From: a virus
Lineage: Duplodnaviria; Caudoviricetes
Virus record (IMG/VR): IMGVR_UViG_3300030330_005139
Length of the DNA: 64,000 nt
Strand: one strand, 5' to 3'
Part shown: piece after piece, positions 45,406 to 53,980 of the stretch
Layout of the letters: every line of letters starts with the position of its first letter
Numbering within the stretch: position 1 is the stretch's first letter
Made by a program: the position numbers and the translations under genes
The notes under the pieces: generated by a model
Told to the model about the DNA's origin: nothing
What the model saw: only the letters and a program-made list of their open reading frames with translations
Database searches by the model: none

Positions 45406-45657
45406 ATGGCGACATATCCTGTCAGAAATAAAAAGACTGGTGAAGAAAAAGAGATCCAAATGAGTGTTCATGACTGGGATCAGTGGAGAGAGGACAATCC
45501 TGATTGGGAACGTTTCTACACTCCATATAACTCACCAGCGTTGGGTCTTGAAATGGGCGACCCCCTTAGCAAGATTTACACGAAACATCCAGGTTGGAAG
45601 GATGTTATCAGTTCAGCTAAGAAGCAACCAGGAAGTACACTAAAACACTACGACTAA
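45406..45657 (+). CDS. Conserved hypothetical protein (FmdB-like position)
   Basis: MATYPV..GWKDV; synteny before phoH. Confidence 0.7.
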   Translation: MATYPVRNKKTGEEKEIQMSVHDWDQWREDNPDWERFYTPYNSPALGLEMGDPLSKIYTKHPGWKDVISSAKKQPGSTLKHYD

Positions 45658-45661
45658 TTTT

Positions 45662-46426
45662 ATGCCGAGAAAGAGCAAGTCAGGGATTGGAAGTACTAAT
45701 CCTGTCCCCTTTGGTATGAGCAACAAGCAGATGAAGAGGAAGAAACCAATCAATCTTGATTACATCAAGAAGATTGAACCTCTCACTGATAATCAGGAAT
45801 ACTTCTTTGATAAGTATTCAAAAGATCAGAATATGGTTGCTTATGGGGTGGCTGGAACTGGCAAGACATTCATCGCACTCTACAACGCACTTCTAGATGT
45901 TCTGGATGTCAAGAGTCCATATGAAAAGATTTACATTGTTCGTTCTTTAGTCGCCACCCGAGAGATTGGATTCCTCCCTGGTGACCACGAAGATAAGTCA
46001 TCTCTTTATCAGATTCCTTATAAGAACATGGTCAAATACATGTTCGAGATGCCAGACGACAACGCTTTCGAGATGTTGTACTCTAATCTCAAAGCACAAG
46101 GAACGATTGGTTTCTGGTCCACCTCCTTTATCAGAGGAACAACTCTCGATAAAGCGATTATAATTGTTGATGAGTTCCAGAATTTGAACTTCCACGAACT
46201 CGACTCCATCATTACTCGTGTTGGTGTTGATTCTAAGATTCTCTTTTGTGGTGACGCTACTCAGTCTGATCTAACAAAACAGAATGAAAGGAATGGAATT
46301 GCAGACTTTATGAAGATTCTGAGGAACATGCCTTCCTTTGATATCGTTGAGTTTGAAGCAGAAGACATCTGTCGTTCTGGTCTTGTCAAAGAGTACATTG
46401 TTGCTAAACTTGAATTGGGTCTTTAA
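45662..46426 (+). CDS. phoH: PhoH-like ATPase
   Basis: GVAGTGKT, IGFLPG, IRG, VDEFQN, GDATQSD. Confidence 0.95.
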   Translation: MPRKSKSGIGSTNPVPFGMSNKQMKRKKPINLDYIKKIEPLTDNQEYFFDKYSKDQNMVAYGVAGTGKTFIALYNALLDVLDVKSPYEKIYIVRSLVATREIGFLPGDHEDKSSLYQIPYKNMVKYMFEMPDDNAFEMLYSNLKAQGTIGFWSTSFIRGTTLDKAIIIVDEFQNLNFHELDSIITRVGVDSKILFCGDATQSDLTKQNERNGIADFMKILRNMPSFDIVEFEAEDICRSGLVKEYIVAKLELGL

Positions 46427-47115
46427 TGTTTATTCATAAGGAAGTTGACTTTGACTCCATGTCAAGGGAGACAATTGATGGTGTCAGATACTACCATGTA
46501 CCTGGCACCGATAAGTTGGTTAGGTTACCTTCAATCACTTCTGTGATCAGTCACAGGAACAGAGAGAAGTTCAAAGAATGGAGGAAGAGGGTTGGTGAGG
46601 AAGAAGCCAACAACATCACTCGTAAGGCAACTCATCGTGGTACTGATGCTCACACATTGATTGAAGAGTATCTGAACAACGTTGATCCTGAGGAGATGAC
46701 TAAGGTTCTTCCTTTGTCTGAGTATCTGTTCAAACAGGCTAAGCCAACTCTGGACAAGATTGATAACATCCTGTGTCAAGAACAGGCAATGTTCAGTTAT
46801 CAACTTGGGATTGCTGGATCAGTTGATTGCATCGCTGAGTTTGATGGTGAGTTGGCCATCATTGACTTCAAGACTTCCAAGAAACCCAAGCCGCGTGAGT
46901 GGATTGAGGATTACTTTGTTCAGTGTGCAGCTTATGCTTGTATGCTTTACGAAATGAAAGGAACAACTGTTAAGAAGTTAGTTATAATTATGACATGTGA
47001 AAATGGTGACGTTGAAGTCTATGAGGAATATGACAAGAGCAAGTACATCAGACTTCTCACAGAATATATTAGAGAGTTTGTTCAATTCAAATTACAGGAA
47101 TATGCAAAAGCCTGA
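46426..47115 (+). CDS. PD-(D/E)xK exonuclease
   Basis: PSITSV, RGT..H, AGSVD, IIDFKTS, Q.AAY. Confidence 0.88.
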   Translation: MFIHKEVDFDSMSRETIDGVRYYHVPGTDKLVRLPSITSVISHRNREKFKEWRKRVGEEEANNITRKATHRGTDAHTLIEEYLNNVDPEEMTKVLPLSEYLFKQAKPTLDKIDNILCQEQAMFSYQLGIAGSVDCIAEFDGELAIIDFKTSKKPKPREWIEDYFVQCAAYACMLYEMKGTTVKKLVIIMTCENGDVEVYEEYDKSKYIRLLTEYIREFVQFKLQEYAKA

Positions 47116-47371
47116 AGAAGAAAATCTGAACGATCTTCTGAGAAGTAAGTTCTTTTCTCCATCGAGATTCTCTGAGGAGATTGAGAAGGTCGTTCTTGAG
47201 AACCCATCCATGGGTTACATGGATGCCATTGTCTTCTTCTGCGATAACAACAACATTGACATTGAGTCTGTTCCAAAGTTGATCTCTAAGCCTCTGAAAG
47301 AGAGGATTAGATGTGAAGCGATTGAAATGAATTTACTGAAACGAACAAGCAGAGCTAAACTTCCCATATGA
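47102..47371 (+). CDS. gp33: Late transcription co-activator
   Basis: IE..V..YMDAI..LKERIRCEA..LP; synteny. Confidence 0.85.
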   Translation: MQKPEEENLNDLLRSKFFSPSRFSEEIEKVVLENPSMGYMDAIVFFCDNNNIDIESVPKLISKPLKERIRCEAIEMNLLKRTSRAKLPI

Positions 47372-47970
47372 TTCCTAAGGTGAAACCCTTCGACGCTTAC
47401 AAGTCCTACCTTGGACTTAAGAACCACTTTACCCGGTCTAACTATGACTGGCATAAGTACGCTGGAAAGTCGAAGGCATCTGTTCAAGCATTTTATAAAA
47501 GAAAGGACAGATTTTGGTTTGAGAAACTCTCAAGACAGAAGAATGATCAAGAGGTCATCGACTTCTTCGTCGCCAACTTTTCAATGAGCGATGACCCTGG
47601 AACTCTCTGGATTGGTGAGGTTATTCGTAATGGAGAAAGTAATTACACAGAGTGGAAGAAGAGAAACCAAGCTCTGAGTTATCACTTCAAGGAAGAGGTT
47701 GAGAAACTCTTTGATGGAAAAAAGTTTGATGATGTGTTTATGATTGATGGGTCACGTCACCCTGAGATTGTTAAGAAACATTTAGGAAAAGAGGTTTCTC
47801 TTGAAACTTTGATTATATTGGAGAGGATTTTGGGATTCAAGAAAGAGTTTGACAAGAAACTTAAAGACCCTGTCTGGCAAGTTCTTTCCATGAGAATGTC
47901 TAAGTATAATTCATTCCTTAGTGTAGACATTTTTAAGTTCAAGAAAATTTTAAAAGACGCAGTGTTATGA
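47368..47970 (+). CDS. gp59: Helicase loader
   Basis: Y..LKNHF..YD..KY.GK, F.KRKDR, SLET. Confidence 0.9.
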   Translation: MIPKVKPFDAYKSYLGLKNHFTRSNYDWHKYAGKSKASVQAFYKRKDRFWFEKLSRQKNDQEVIDFFVANFSMSDDPGTLWIGEVIRNGESNYTEWKKRNQALSYHFKEEVEKLFDGKKFDDVFMIDGSRHPEIVKKHLGKEVSLETLIILERILGFKKEFDKKLKDPVWQVLSMRMSKYNSFLSVDIFKFKKILKDAVL

Positions 47971-48302
47971 GTTTCTTTGATTCGGAAATTGTTCAAAAAG
48001 AAATGGAGGACATCACTTCTCTTCAGGAGGAGATCTATGATAATGTGTACTCCTACTTCACGATGAATAAGAAGGAGAAGATTGAACACATCAAACTCCT
48101 TCAAACCCTTGTTGACAAACAAAAGATTCTTTATGCTCGTCTTTCTCTCTCGGATGATCCCAGAGCAAAACAGATGAAGGAAAACATTCGTGACTCAGCA
48201 AAGAATCTTGGATTCCCTGATGATGCAGACCTAAATAAGATGTTCGCTTCGATGTCAAATATGATAACATTGATGATGGAGGCATTGGAGGAACAAGAAT
48301 AA
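47967..48302 (+). CDS. Conserved cyanophage hypothetical protein
   Basis: MSFFDSEIVQ..RLSLSDDPRA. Confidence 0.75.
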   Translation: MSFFDSEIVQKEMEDITSLQEEIYDNVYSYFTMNKKEKIEHIKLLQTLVDKQKILYARLSLSDDPRAKQMKENIRDSAKNLGFPDDADLNKMFASMSNMITLMMEALEEQE

Positions 48303-48368
48303 CAGATAGTGGGCTGGACGATCCCTAAGCTAAGTCACACAAGCCAAATACAACAAATAGGTAAACAC

Positions 48369-49292
48369 ATGTCGTTCGAAAGTCTAAAGAAGCAATCCTC
48401 TCTGGGTTCCCTCACTTCCAAACTGGTCAAGGAAGTGGAGAAGATGAATGGTGGAGATAAAGGAGGCGATGAACGTCTCTGGAAACCCGAGATGGACAAA
48501 AGTGGTAACGGTTACGCTGTAATTCGTTTCCTCCCTGCACCTGATGGAGAAGATCTCCCCTGGGTGAAGTTGTTCAACCACGCCTTCCAAGGTCCCGGTG
48601 GTTGGTACATTGAGAATTCTCTGACCACTCTGAACCAGAAAGACCCTGTCACAGAGAGCAACCGTGATCTCTGGAACAGTGGTGTTGATTCTGATAAGGA
48701 CATTGTCCGTCAACGGAAGCGTAAGCTCTCCTTCTACGCCAACATTTATGTGGTGAAAGATCCCGCTAACCCTCAGAATGAAGGTGGTGTCTTCCTCTAT
48801 CGTTTCGGTCGTAAGATCTTCGATAAGATCATGGAAGCAATGCAACCTGAGTTCGAGGACGAGACTCCCATCAACCCCTTCGACTTCTGGCAAGGTGCCA
48901 ACTTCAAACTGAAGCTGAAGAAGGTTGCGGGTTACTGGAACTATGACTCCAGTGAGTTCGCTGCACCATCAGCTCTTCTGGATGATGATGAGGCTCTGGA
49001 GGCAATCTGGAAAAAGGAGTACTCACTGGCTGAGATCGTTGCTCCTGATAAGTTCAAAGATTATGACACCCTTCAGAAGCGTCTTGACTCTGTTCTTGGA
49101 GTCGGTAAGCCCAAGGCTCGTCCTCAAGAGGATCTCGACACTGAGGTCGCAGAGACTGTCAAACCCGCAAGTGATGAAGAAGTTCTTCGTCGTCTTGAAG
49201 AGAGCGCTAAGGCAGCACGAGAGGTTGAACCTGCCACCTCTGTTGATGAGGAAGACCCGATGTCATATTTCTCAAAGTTGGCAGAAAGCTGA
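48369..49292 (+). CDS. gp32: Single-stranded DNA-binding protein
   Basis: DERLWK..GNGYAVIRFLP, WYIENSLTT, acidic tail. Confidence 0.95.
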   Translation: MSFESLKKQSSLGSLTSKLVKEVEKMNGGDKGGDERLWKPEMDKSGNGYAVIRFLPAPDGEDLPWVKLFNHAFQGPGGWYIENSLTTLNQKDPVTESNRDLWNSGVDSDKDIVRQRKRKLSFYANIYVVKDPANPQNEGGVFLYRFGRKIFDKIMEAMQPEFEDETPINPFDFWQGANFKLKLKKVAGYWNYDSSEFAAPSALLDDDEALEAIWKKEYSLAEIVAPDKFKDYDTLQKRLDSVLGVGKPKARPQEDLDTEVAETVKPASDEEVLRRLEESAKAAREVEPATSVDEEDPMSYFSKLAES

Positions 49293-49348
49293 GGGAAATC
49301 GACCTTTGATTCCAAAAAAGGTCTAAAATTTTTTCCTGGGCAAAATTG

Positions 49349-49383
49349 ACCCCCTTTAGGTTTTTCAGACCTGAAGGGGGTTT
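49349..49383. terminator. Hairpin between convergent gp32 and gp53
   Basis: ACCCCCTTTAGGT/ACCTGAAGGGGGT. Confidence 0.75.
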
Positions 49384-49387
49384 CTGT

Positions 49388-50056
49388 TTAGGTGTACAAT
49401 CTGATGTCATCACCTTTCACAACACTTGGGCTCACATATTGAGTCGATCCTTGTTTGTATGGCATAATTCTGTCAAGGTCATCTTCAATCAACATGAGGT
49501 AGAATGGTTTGAGAACGTAAATGTTTCTCCTCTCTTCTTGGAGTCTCTCTTCCTCTTGGTAATTGGTCACCTCAACAGTGATTTCTGCTGCAGTCGCCTC
49601 ACTTCCAAGACCATAATCATAATAATCAAGTCTGAAGTTCTTAGGAACTGTGAGACCAGCTGGGATGAGAACTTTACCCAATGAGTCAGTCACTTCAATG
49701 GTTTCATAGTGATTGGTTGCGTTGATGTTCTCTTCTGATCCATACTTCTTCATCAGATAATCATCATATGCTTCTTGAGTGAGTGGCCACTCATTTCCAG
49801 GATTGATGATGTTATTTCCAAGCATCACCACCCAATCGTAGTTGGGAGTGTCATAAACTTCCTGAGATACGTCATCTGGACGATCTCCTGGTCTAATCTG
49901 AAAGCGTGTGTAATAGAACAGATTATTGAAAATGTCTGGTCTAATTTTTGCTCTCTTGAAGAGGTTTTTGGTTCTGACGTAGTCACCATTCTTCGCATTA
50001 GGAAGACGGCTGACATAATCAAAGTCTGGAACGTGTCTAAAGTACTTTCTTGCCAT
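49388..50056 (-). CDS. gp53: Baseplate wedge subunit
   Basis: YF..P..Y, GDRPD..Y..WVV..N, WPL, HYET. Confidence 0.88.
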   Translation of the reverse strand: MARKYFRHVPDFDYVSRLPNAKNGDYVRTKNLFKRAKIRPDIFNNLFYYTRFQIRPGDRPDDVSQEVYDTPNYDWVVMLGNNIINPGNEWPLTQEAYDDYLMKKYGSEENINATNHYETIEVTDSLGKVLIPAGLTVPKNFRLDYYDYGLGSEATAAEITVEVTNYQEEERLQEERRNIYVLKPFYLMLIEDDLDRIMPYKQGSTQYVSPSVVKGDDIRLYT

Positions 50057-50057
50057 T

Positions 50058-51539
50058 TTAGTAACCCATGTTGAGTGCGCCTTCTTCTGCGAGTTGGTCC
50101 CCCTGATAAATCGGTTCGAGTTCTGTGAAAGTTAAATCCATGTTATATGCTGTCATCGACCCATCGGGGTGAGTCATGTAGTTGTTGTCAGGAGTGTAAT
50201 TGACATTAAATGACTGCAACGCCACAGGTTTGAACTTAGGAAGGAATGGATGTTGTGCGTCAGTGTCTCCAAAGATGTACTCCAGTGTGAAAATGTTAGG
50301 AGTCAGGAGGAAAATACTTCCGTTTGAAGTTGCAGGAGCCATGTTCTTTTTGAAGAACTTGATGATGCTTCTACACATACCTGCTTCCTCCAATTCTCTC
50401 GGACAGAGTTTAAAGTTGAAGTTGACAGTACGAAGTGTGGGACCTTGGAACAGAAGTTCCATGTTTGGGTTGAGAACTTGACCTGTCGCACGAGCAACAA
50501 TGTTTCTCCCAACAGCTTGACCTGCGAAATAAGCTTTGATGAAAGGTGCCATTCCTGCATCTCCAGCCAGTTCCTGAGCGGATGCGGAGATGTCACCAAT
50601 CAATCTAGAAGCTGCGCCTGTCAAATCGAAGTTACCCAGCGTTCCGATTGTGTTACCTGCAGCAGCGGCGAGTTTAGCCTGAATGGCGTTTAGTTCATCT
50701 GCACCCCACTTGACATTCGTGTTTTCTTGAATACTTGGTTGCATCGGAAGTAAGACACTTCCTTGAGGATCTCCAAGACGATTTTTACCACTACTAATTA
50801 AGTTAGCAGCAGATTTCTCTCCAGCAAGTACGTCTATCCCAGCGTCTGCCCCGGGCGCTGTGTATTCATAGGCACTAATTCTAATGTAATCAAAACCAAG
50901 TTCTTGTAAATTCGCTAAAGGATATCTAAGTTCCTTTACAGATGCTGCTTGGGCCGCGGCTTTGGTTTGAGCTGGTTTGATTCCATCAGAGTCATTTGTG
51001 AGTGGAATGCTGGTTTCACCTGTTGGATCAACACCAAAGTTTGCTGATGCTGTCAGTGGAAACGCGATATCGGAGAGGAAATTTACTGGAGCATCGGATA
51101 GAAATTGAGGTTGCGCTGAGTATGGGTTAAAGTCTGTAACTGTCCCATTATTATTCACTACCTGCCCTGTTGTGGGATTAACCACATAAGGAATCATTTG
51201 TTCAGTGGAATAATAAGTTTGAAGTGTCTCTGCCTGAAGGGGACTCTCGTACTTTGTTGTGTCATTGAGGATAAGTGCTCTGTCTTCATTGAAAAGGGGC
51301 ACACCTTCCAAATAAAACTTCTCAGTGAACTGATCTACGGTTAATTGCTCACTCCCTGATAGACTACTGTTATAGAGTTGAGTGAACAATTCACTGTCAG
51401 TGATAGTCCAGTTTGAATCTGTAGACTCAGCAAGAAGTTTCCCCTGTGATGAATACAGTTGCATCTTGCCTGTACTTGTATCAGTGATCTCATCCACCTT
51501 TAGGGAGTCCCAAATTCTAGATGATTTATACGACGCCAT
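50058..51539 (-). CDS. gp48: Baseplate tail-tube cap with N-terminal extension
   Basis: LRYP, LNPNMELLFQGP.LR..F.F, IIKFFK, VNYTP. Confidence 0.85.
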   Translation of the reverse strand: MASYKSSRIWDSLKVDEITDTSTGKMQLYSSQGKLLAESTDSNWTITDSELFTQLYNSSLSGSEQLTVDQFTEKFYLEGVPLFNEDRALILNDTTKYESPLQAETLQTYYSTEQMIPYVVNPTTGQVVNNNGTVTDFNPYSAQPQFLSDAPVNFLSDIAFPLTASANFGVDPTGETSIPLTNDSDGIKPAQTKAAAQAASVKELRYPLANLQELGFDYIRISAYEYTAPGADAGIDVLAGEKSAANLISSGKNRLGDPQGSVLLPMQPSIQENTNVKWGADELNAIQAKLAAAAGNTIGTLGNFDLTGAASRLIGDISASAQELAGDAGMAPFIKAYFAGQAVGRNIVARATGQVLNPNMELLFQGPTLRTVNFNFKLCPRELEEAGMCRSIIKFFKKNMAPATSNGSIFLLTPNIFTLEYIFGDTDAQHPFLPKFKPVALQSFNVNYTPDNNYMTHPDGSMTAYNMDLTFTELEPIYQGDQLAEEGALNMGY

Positions 51540-51557
51540 TTGGTGAAGTTGTGGGTT

Positions 51558-51920
51558 TTAGTTATTTAGAGTGAATTTTTGATAAGCTATGGATCTGAGG
51601 TCACTCAACTCACTTTCACGAACAATATGAAGTTGGCTCTGGGTCTCAACCCAATCATAATTACGAACTTCTCCCCAGTGGTAGTTGATGCCCCTGAATC
51701 CCCACTCGAAGACACCGATACAAGCAATCAGTGGAAACTCATCATAAAGAATTCTTGGTGTCTTTGCTTTGTAGATGAATGTGTAATACTTTCCCACTTC
51801 TGGAACAACATCCGTATCTTTGAGAGTATCCATGATCAGTAACATCTTGTCATCAGAATCCTGAATTAGGGATGTTTGATCAAGAAGATCTCTTGTTCTG
51901 ATTGGTTCTGAATTAGCCAT
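51558..51920 (-). CDS. gp2: DNA end protector-like protein
   Basis: GKYYTF.Y.AKT..YDEFPLI, GINYH. Confidence 0.7.
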   Translation of the reverse strand: MANSEPIRTRDLLDQTSLIQDSDDKMLLIMDTLKDTDVVPEVGKYYTFIYKAKTPRILYDEFPLIACIGVFEWGFRGINYHWGEVRNYDWVETQSQLHIVRESELSDLRSIAYQKFTLNN

Positions 51921-52356
51921 TGAACAAGTTGTCCTCTGTGATTATTTTGAATTCAACTCCATTATCCAAACAGAAGTCCTCAGCAGCCTTCCACTTAGCT
52001 CGATTGACTTCATATGTCTTCACTTCATTGATGTAACTTTGAGTTACACGACTCCTCTTCTTTGGAGGCATTGTTTGTTTCTTTGGTTTAACTTCAACAA
52101 CATATTTCTTGACTTTTCCACCCTTCTCTTTCACCTCAATCAGATAATCTGGAAAGTAACGATGAACTCTGTGATCAACAGGAGAGAGATAAGGAATGCT
52201 GAACTCTTCTGATGCCCACCTGAGGATGTTTTCGTTCTTATCACACCAATTGCAGAATCGTCTCTCCCAAGAACTTCTACAAATAATGTTGTTCGGATCA
52301 CCTTGATATTTCTTTGGGTTACTCGGTTTGAACCGACTTTTAATAGGTCTCCCCAT
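51913..52356 (-). CDS. gp4: Head completion nuclease
   Basis: NPKKY.GD, RSSWE, WASEE, HRYFPD, VEVKP, N.AKW. Confidence 0.92.
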   Translation of the reverse strand: MGRPIKSRFKPSNPKKYQGDPNNIICRSSWERRFCNWCDKNENILRWASEEFSIPYLSPVDHRVHRYFPDYLIEVKEKGGKVKKYVVEVKPKKQTMPPKKRSRVTQSYINEVKTYEVNRAKWKAAEDFCLDNGVEFKIITEDNLFNG

Positions 52357-52361
52357 ACCCA

Positions 52362-52394
52362 CTAAATAAAGCATACTAATCAACCAATATTTAG
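52362..52394. promoter_or_regulatory. Pair of opposed late promoters (CTAAATA on each strand)
   Basis: CTAAATA at 52362 (+) and TATTTAG at 52388 (-). The same (C/A)TAAATA motif precedes many late genes in the window. Confidence 0.7.
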
Positions 52395-53051
52395 ATGGCT
52401 ACCGCAGGCGGTTCAAATCCAAAGGCATCGAGTATCAGGACATCCGATCTCAGAACTCGCGTTGCAAATGTCGCAACAACAACCAATTATATTGTCAAAC
52501 TACAACCACCCCCGCTTGTCGCCGCTTACTTGAGAGATAAAGGGTTTAATTACACCAGTGATGATGGTTATAATGTTGAGTTATCCTGTAATGTGGCTCA
52601 ACTTCCTGGTTCCAGTTTCTCAACACATGAACAAAGGAATGATTATTCTGGTGTAACGGAGAGAATGGTTTATCGTAGAGAATATGATACCAATTTGTCT
52701 TTCACATTTATGGTGAATAATCAATATGATGCTGTTGAGATGTTTGATGGTTGGATGGACTTTATTGCTGGACAAGAAGACACCTCATCGTTCCTAAGTC
52801 CTTACGCTTCTTATCGGACTTCTTATGCGAACGATTATAGAACAAACATTCACATTACCAAGTTTGAGAAGAATGTTGATGCGAAATCACTAAAAGGTGA
52901 AAGACCAAGAGAATTGAGATACACCATGGTTGGTGCATATCCTATTTCAACACAACCAATGCAAGTTGGTTACGGGGACAAAAATAACATGTTACAATAC
53001 AGTGTTTACATGACCTTCATTCGTTATGTGAGAGAAAGAGTAGACGCATAA
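52395..53051 (+). CDS. Baseplate/tail-tube initiator (gp54/gp19-like)
   Basis: C..AQLPG, F..WMD.I, AYP; synteny. Confidence 0.75.
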   Translation: MATAGGSNPKASSIRTSDLRTRVANVATTTNYIVKLQPPPLVAAYLRDKGFNYTSDDGYNVELSCNVAQLPGSSFSTHEQRNDYSGVTERMVYRREYDTNLSFTFMVNNQYDAVEMFDGWMDFIAGQEDTSSFLSPYASYRTSYANDYRTNIHITKFEKNVDAKSLKGERPRELRYTMVGAYPISTQPMQVGYGDKNNMLQYSVYMTFIRYVRERVDA

Positions 53052-53093
53052 ACCCCACCTAAATATTCACACTGAGATTGTTATTACTTTACA

Positions 53094-53810
53094 ATGCCTT
53101 TACCAAAAATTGCAACTCCAACTTATGAATTGGAACTGCCCTCAACAAAGAAGAAAATCAAATATCGTCCCTTTCTTGTAAAAGAAGAGAAACTCTTGGT
53201 TCTCGCAATGGAGAGTGAGGATACGAAACAGATTACAACAGCAATCAAGAACGTGCTGAAATCATGTATTTTGACCAGAGGTATTAAGGTTGAAGTTCTT
53301 CCAACATTCGACATTGAGTTTTTGTTTCTCAACATTCGTGCCAAGTCCGTTGGTGAGGTTGTTGAGTTGAAGTTGATTTGTCCTGATGATAGAATCACAG
53401 AAGTTGATGTTGAACTTGATATTGAAGAGATTCGTGTTCAGGAACAGGAGGGTCACAACAAAACAATCATTCTTGATGACAATCTGAGGATGGACATGAA
53501 GTACCCCTCTCTTGAACAATTCATCAAGAATAACTTTGATGTTGGAAATGTAGACATTGAGCAATCTTTTGAGTTGATCGGTTCTTGTGTGGATAAGATC
53601 TACAACGAAGATGAGGTTTGGGATACTGCTGATGTCTCGGCAAAAGAGGTCAAAGAGTTTCTTGAGCAGATGAATTCGAAGCAGTTCAAAGACATTGAGA
53701 AGTTCTTTGAGACGATGCCAAAACTCATTCACACAATCGAAGTTATTAATCCAAAAACTAAAGTTAAGAGTCCTATCGTGTTGGAGGGTTTAAACTCTTT
53801 TTTCGCGTAG
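53094..53810 (+). CDS. gp26: Baseplate hub assembly chaperone
   Basis: YRPFLVKEEK.L, FL.IRAKSVGE, MKYP. Confidence 0.9.
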   Translation: MPLPKIATPTYELELPSTKKKIKYRPFLVKEEKLLVLAMESEDTKQITTAIKNVLKSCILTRGIKVEVLPTFDIEFLFLNIRAKSVGEVVELKLICPDDRITEVDVELDIEEIRVQEQEGHNKTIILDDNLRMDMKYPSLEQFIKNNFDVGNVDIEQSFELIGSCVDKIYNEDEVWDTADVSAKEVKEFLEQMNSKQFKDIEKFFETMPKLIHTIEVINPKTKVKSPIVLEGLNSFFA

Positions 53811-53812
53811 GG

Positions 53813-53980
53813 ATGGTACACATGTCTCTTGAGGCTTATTTCAAACTGAATTTCGCCCTCATGCAGTACCATAAATACTCACTGACGGAGATTGAAAACA
53901 TGATTCCCTGGGAACGGGACATTTACGTTACACTCCTCCAGCAACATCTTGAAGAAGAGAAGAAACGGCAAATGGAGTAA
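53813..53980 (+). CDS. gp51: Baseplate hub assembly catalyst (55 aa; possibly made as a gp26 -1 fusion)
   Basis: YFKLNFALMQYHKYSLTEIENMIPWERDIY. Missing from the ORF track. Confidence 0.85.
   Translation: MVHMSLEAYFKLNFALMQYHKYSLTEIENMIPWERDIYVTLLQQHLEEEKKRQME

Noticed and set aside
46426-47115. Cas4 as evidence of CRISPR
   Set aside because: It lacks the Fe-S cysteine pattern and sits in the usual phoH-exonuclease-gp33-gp59 core synteny.
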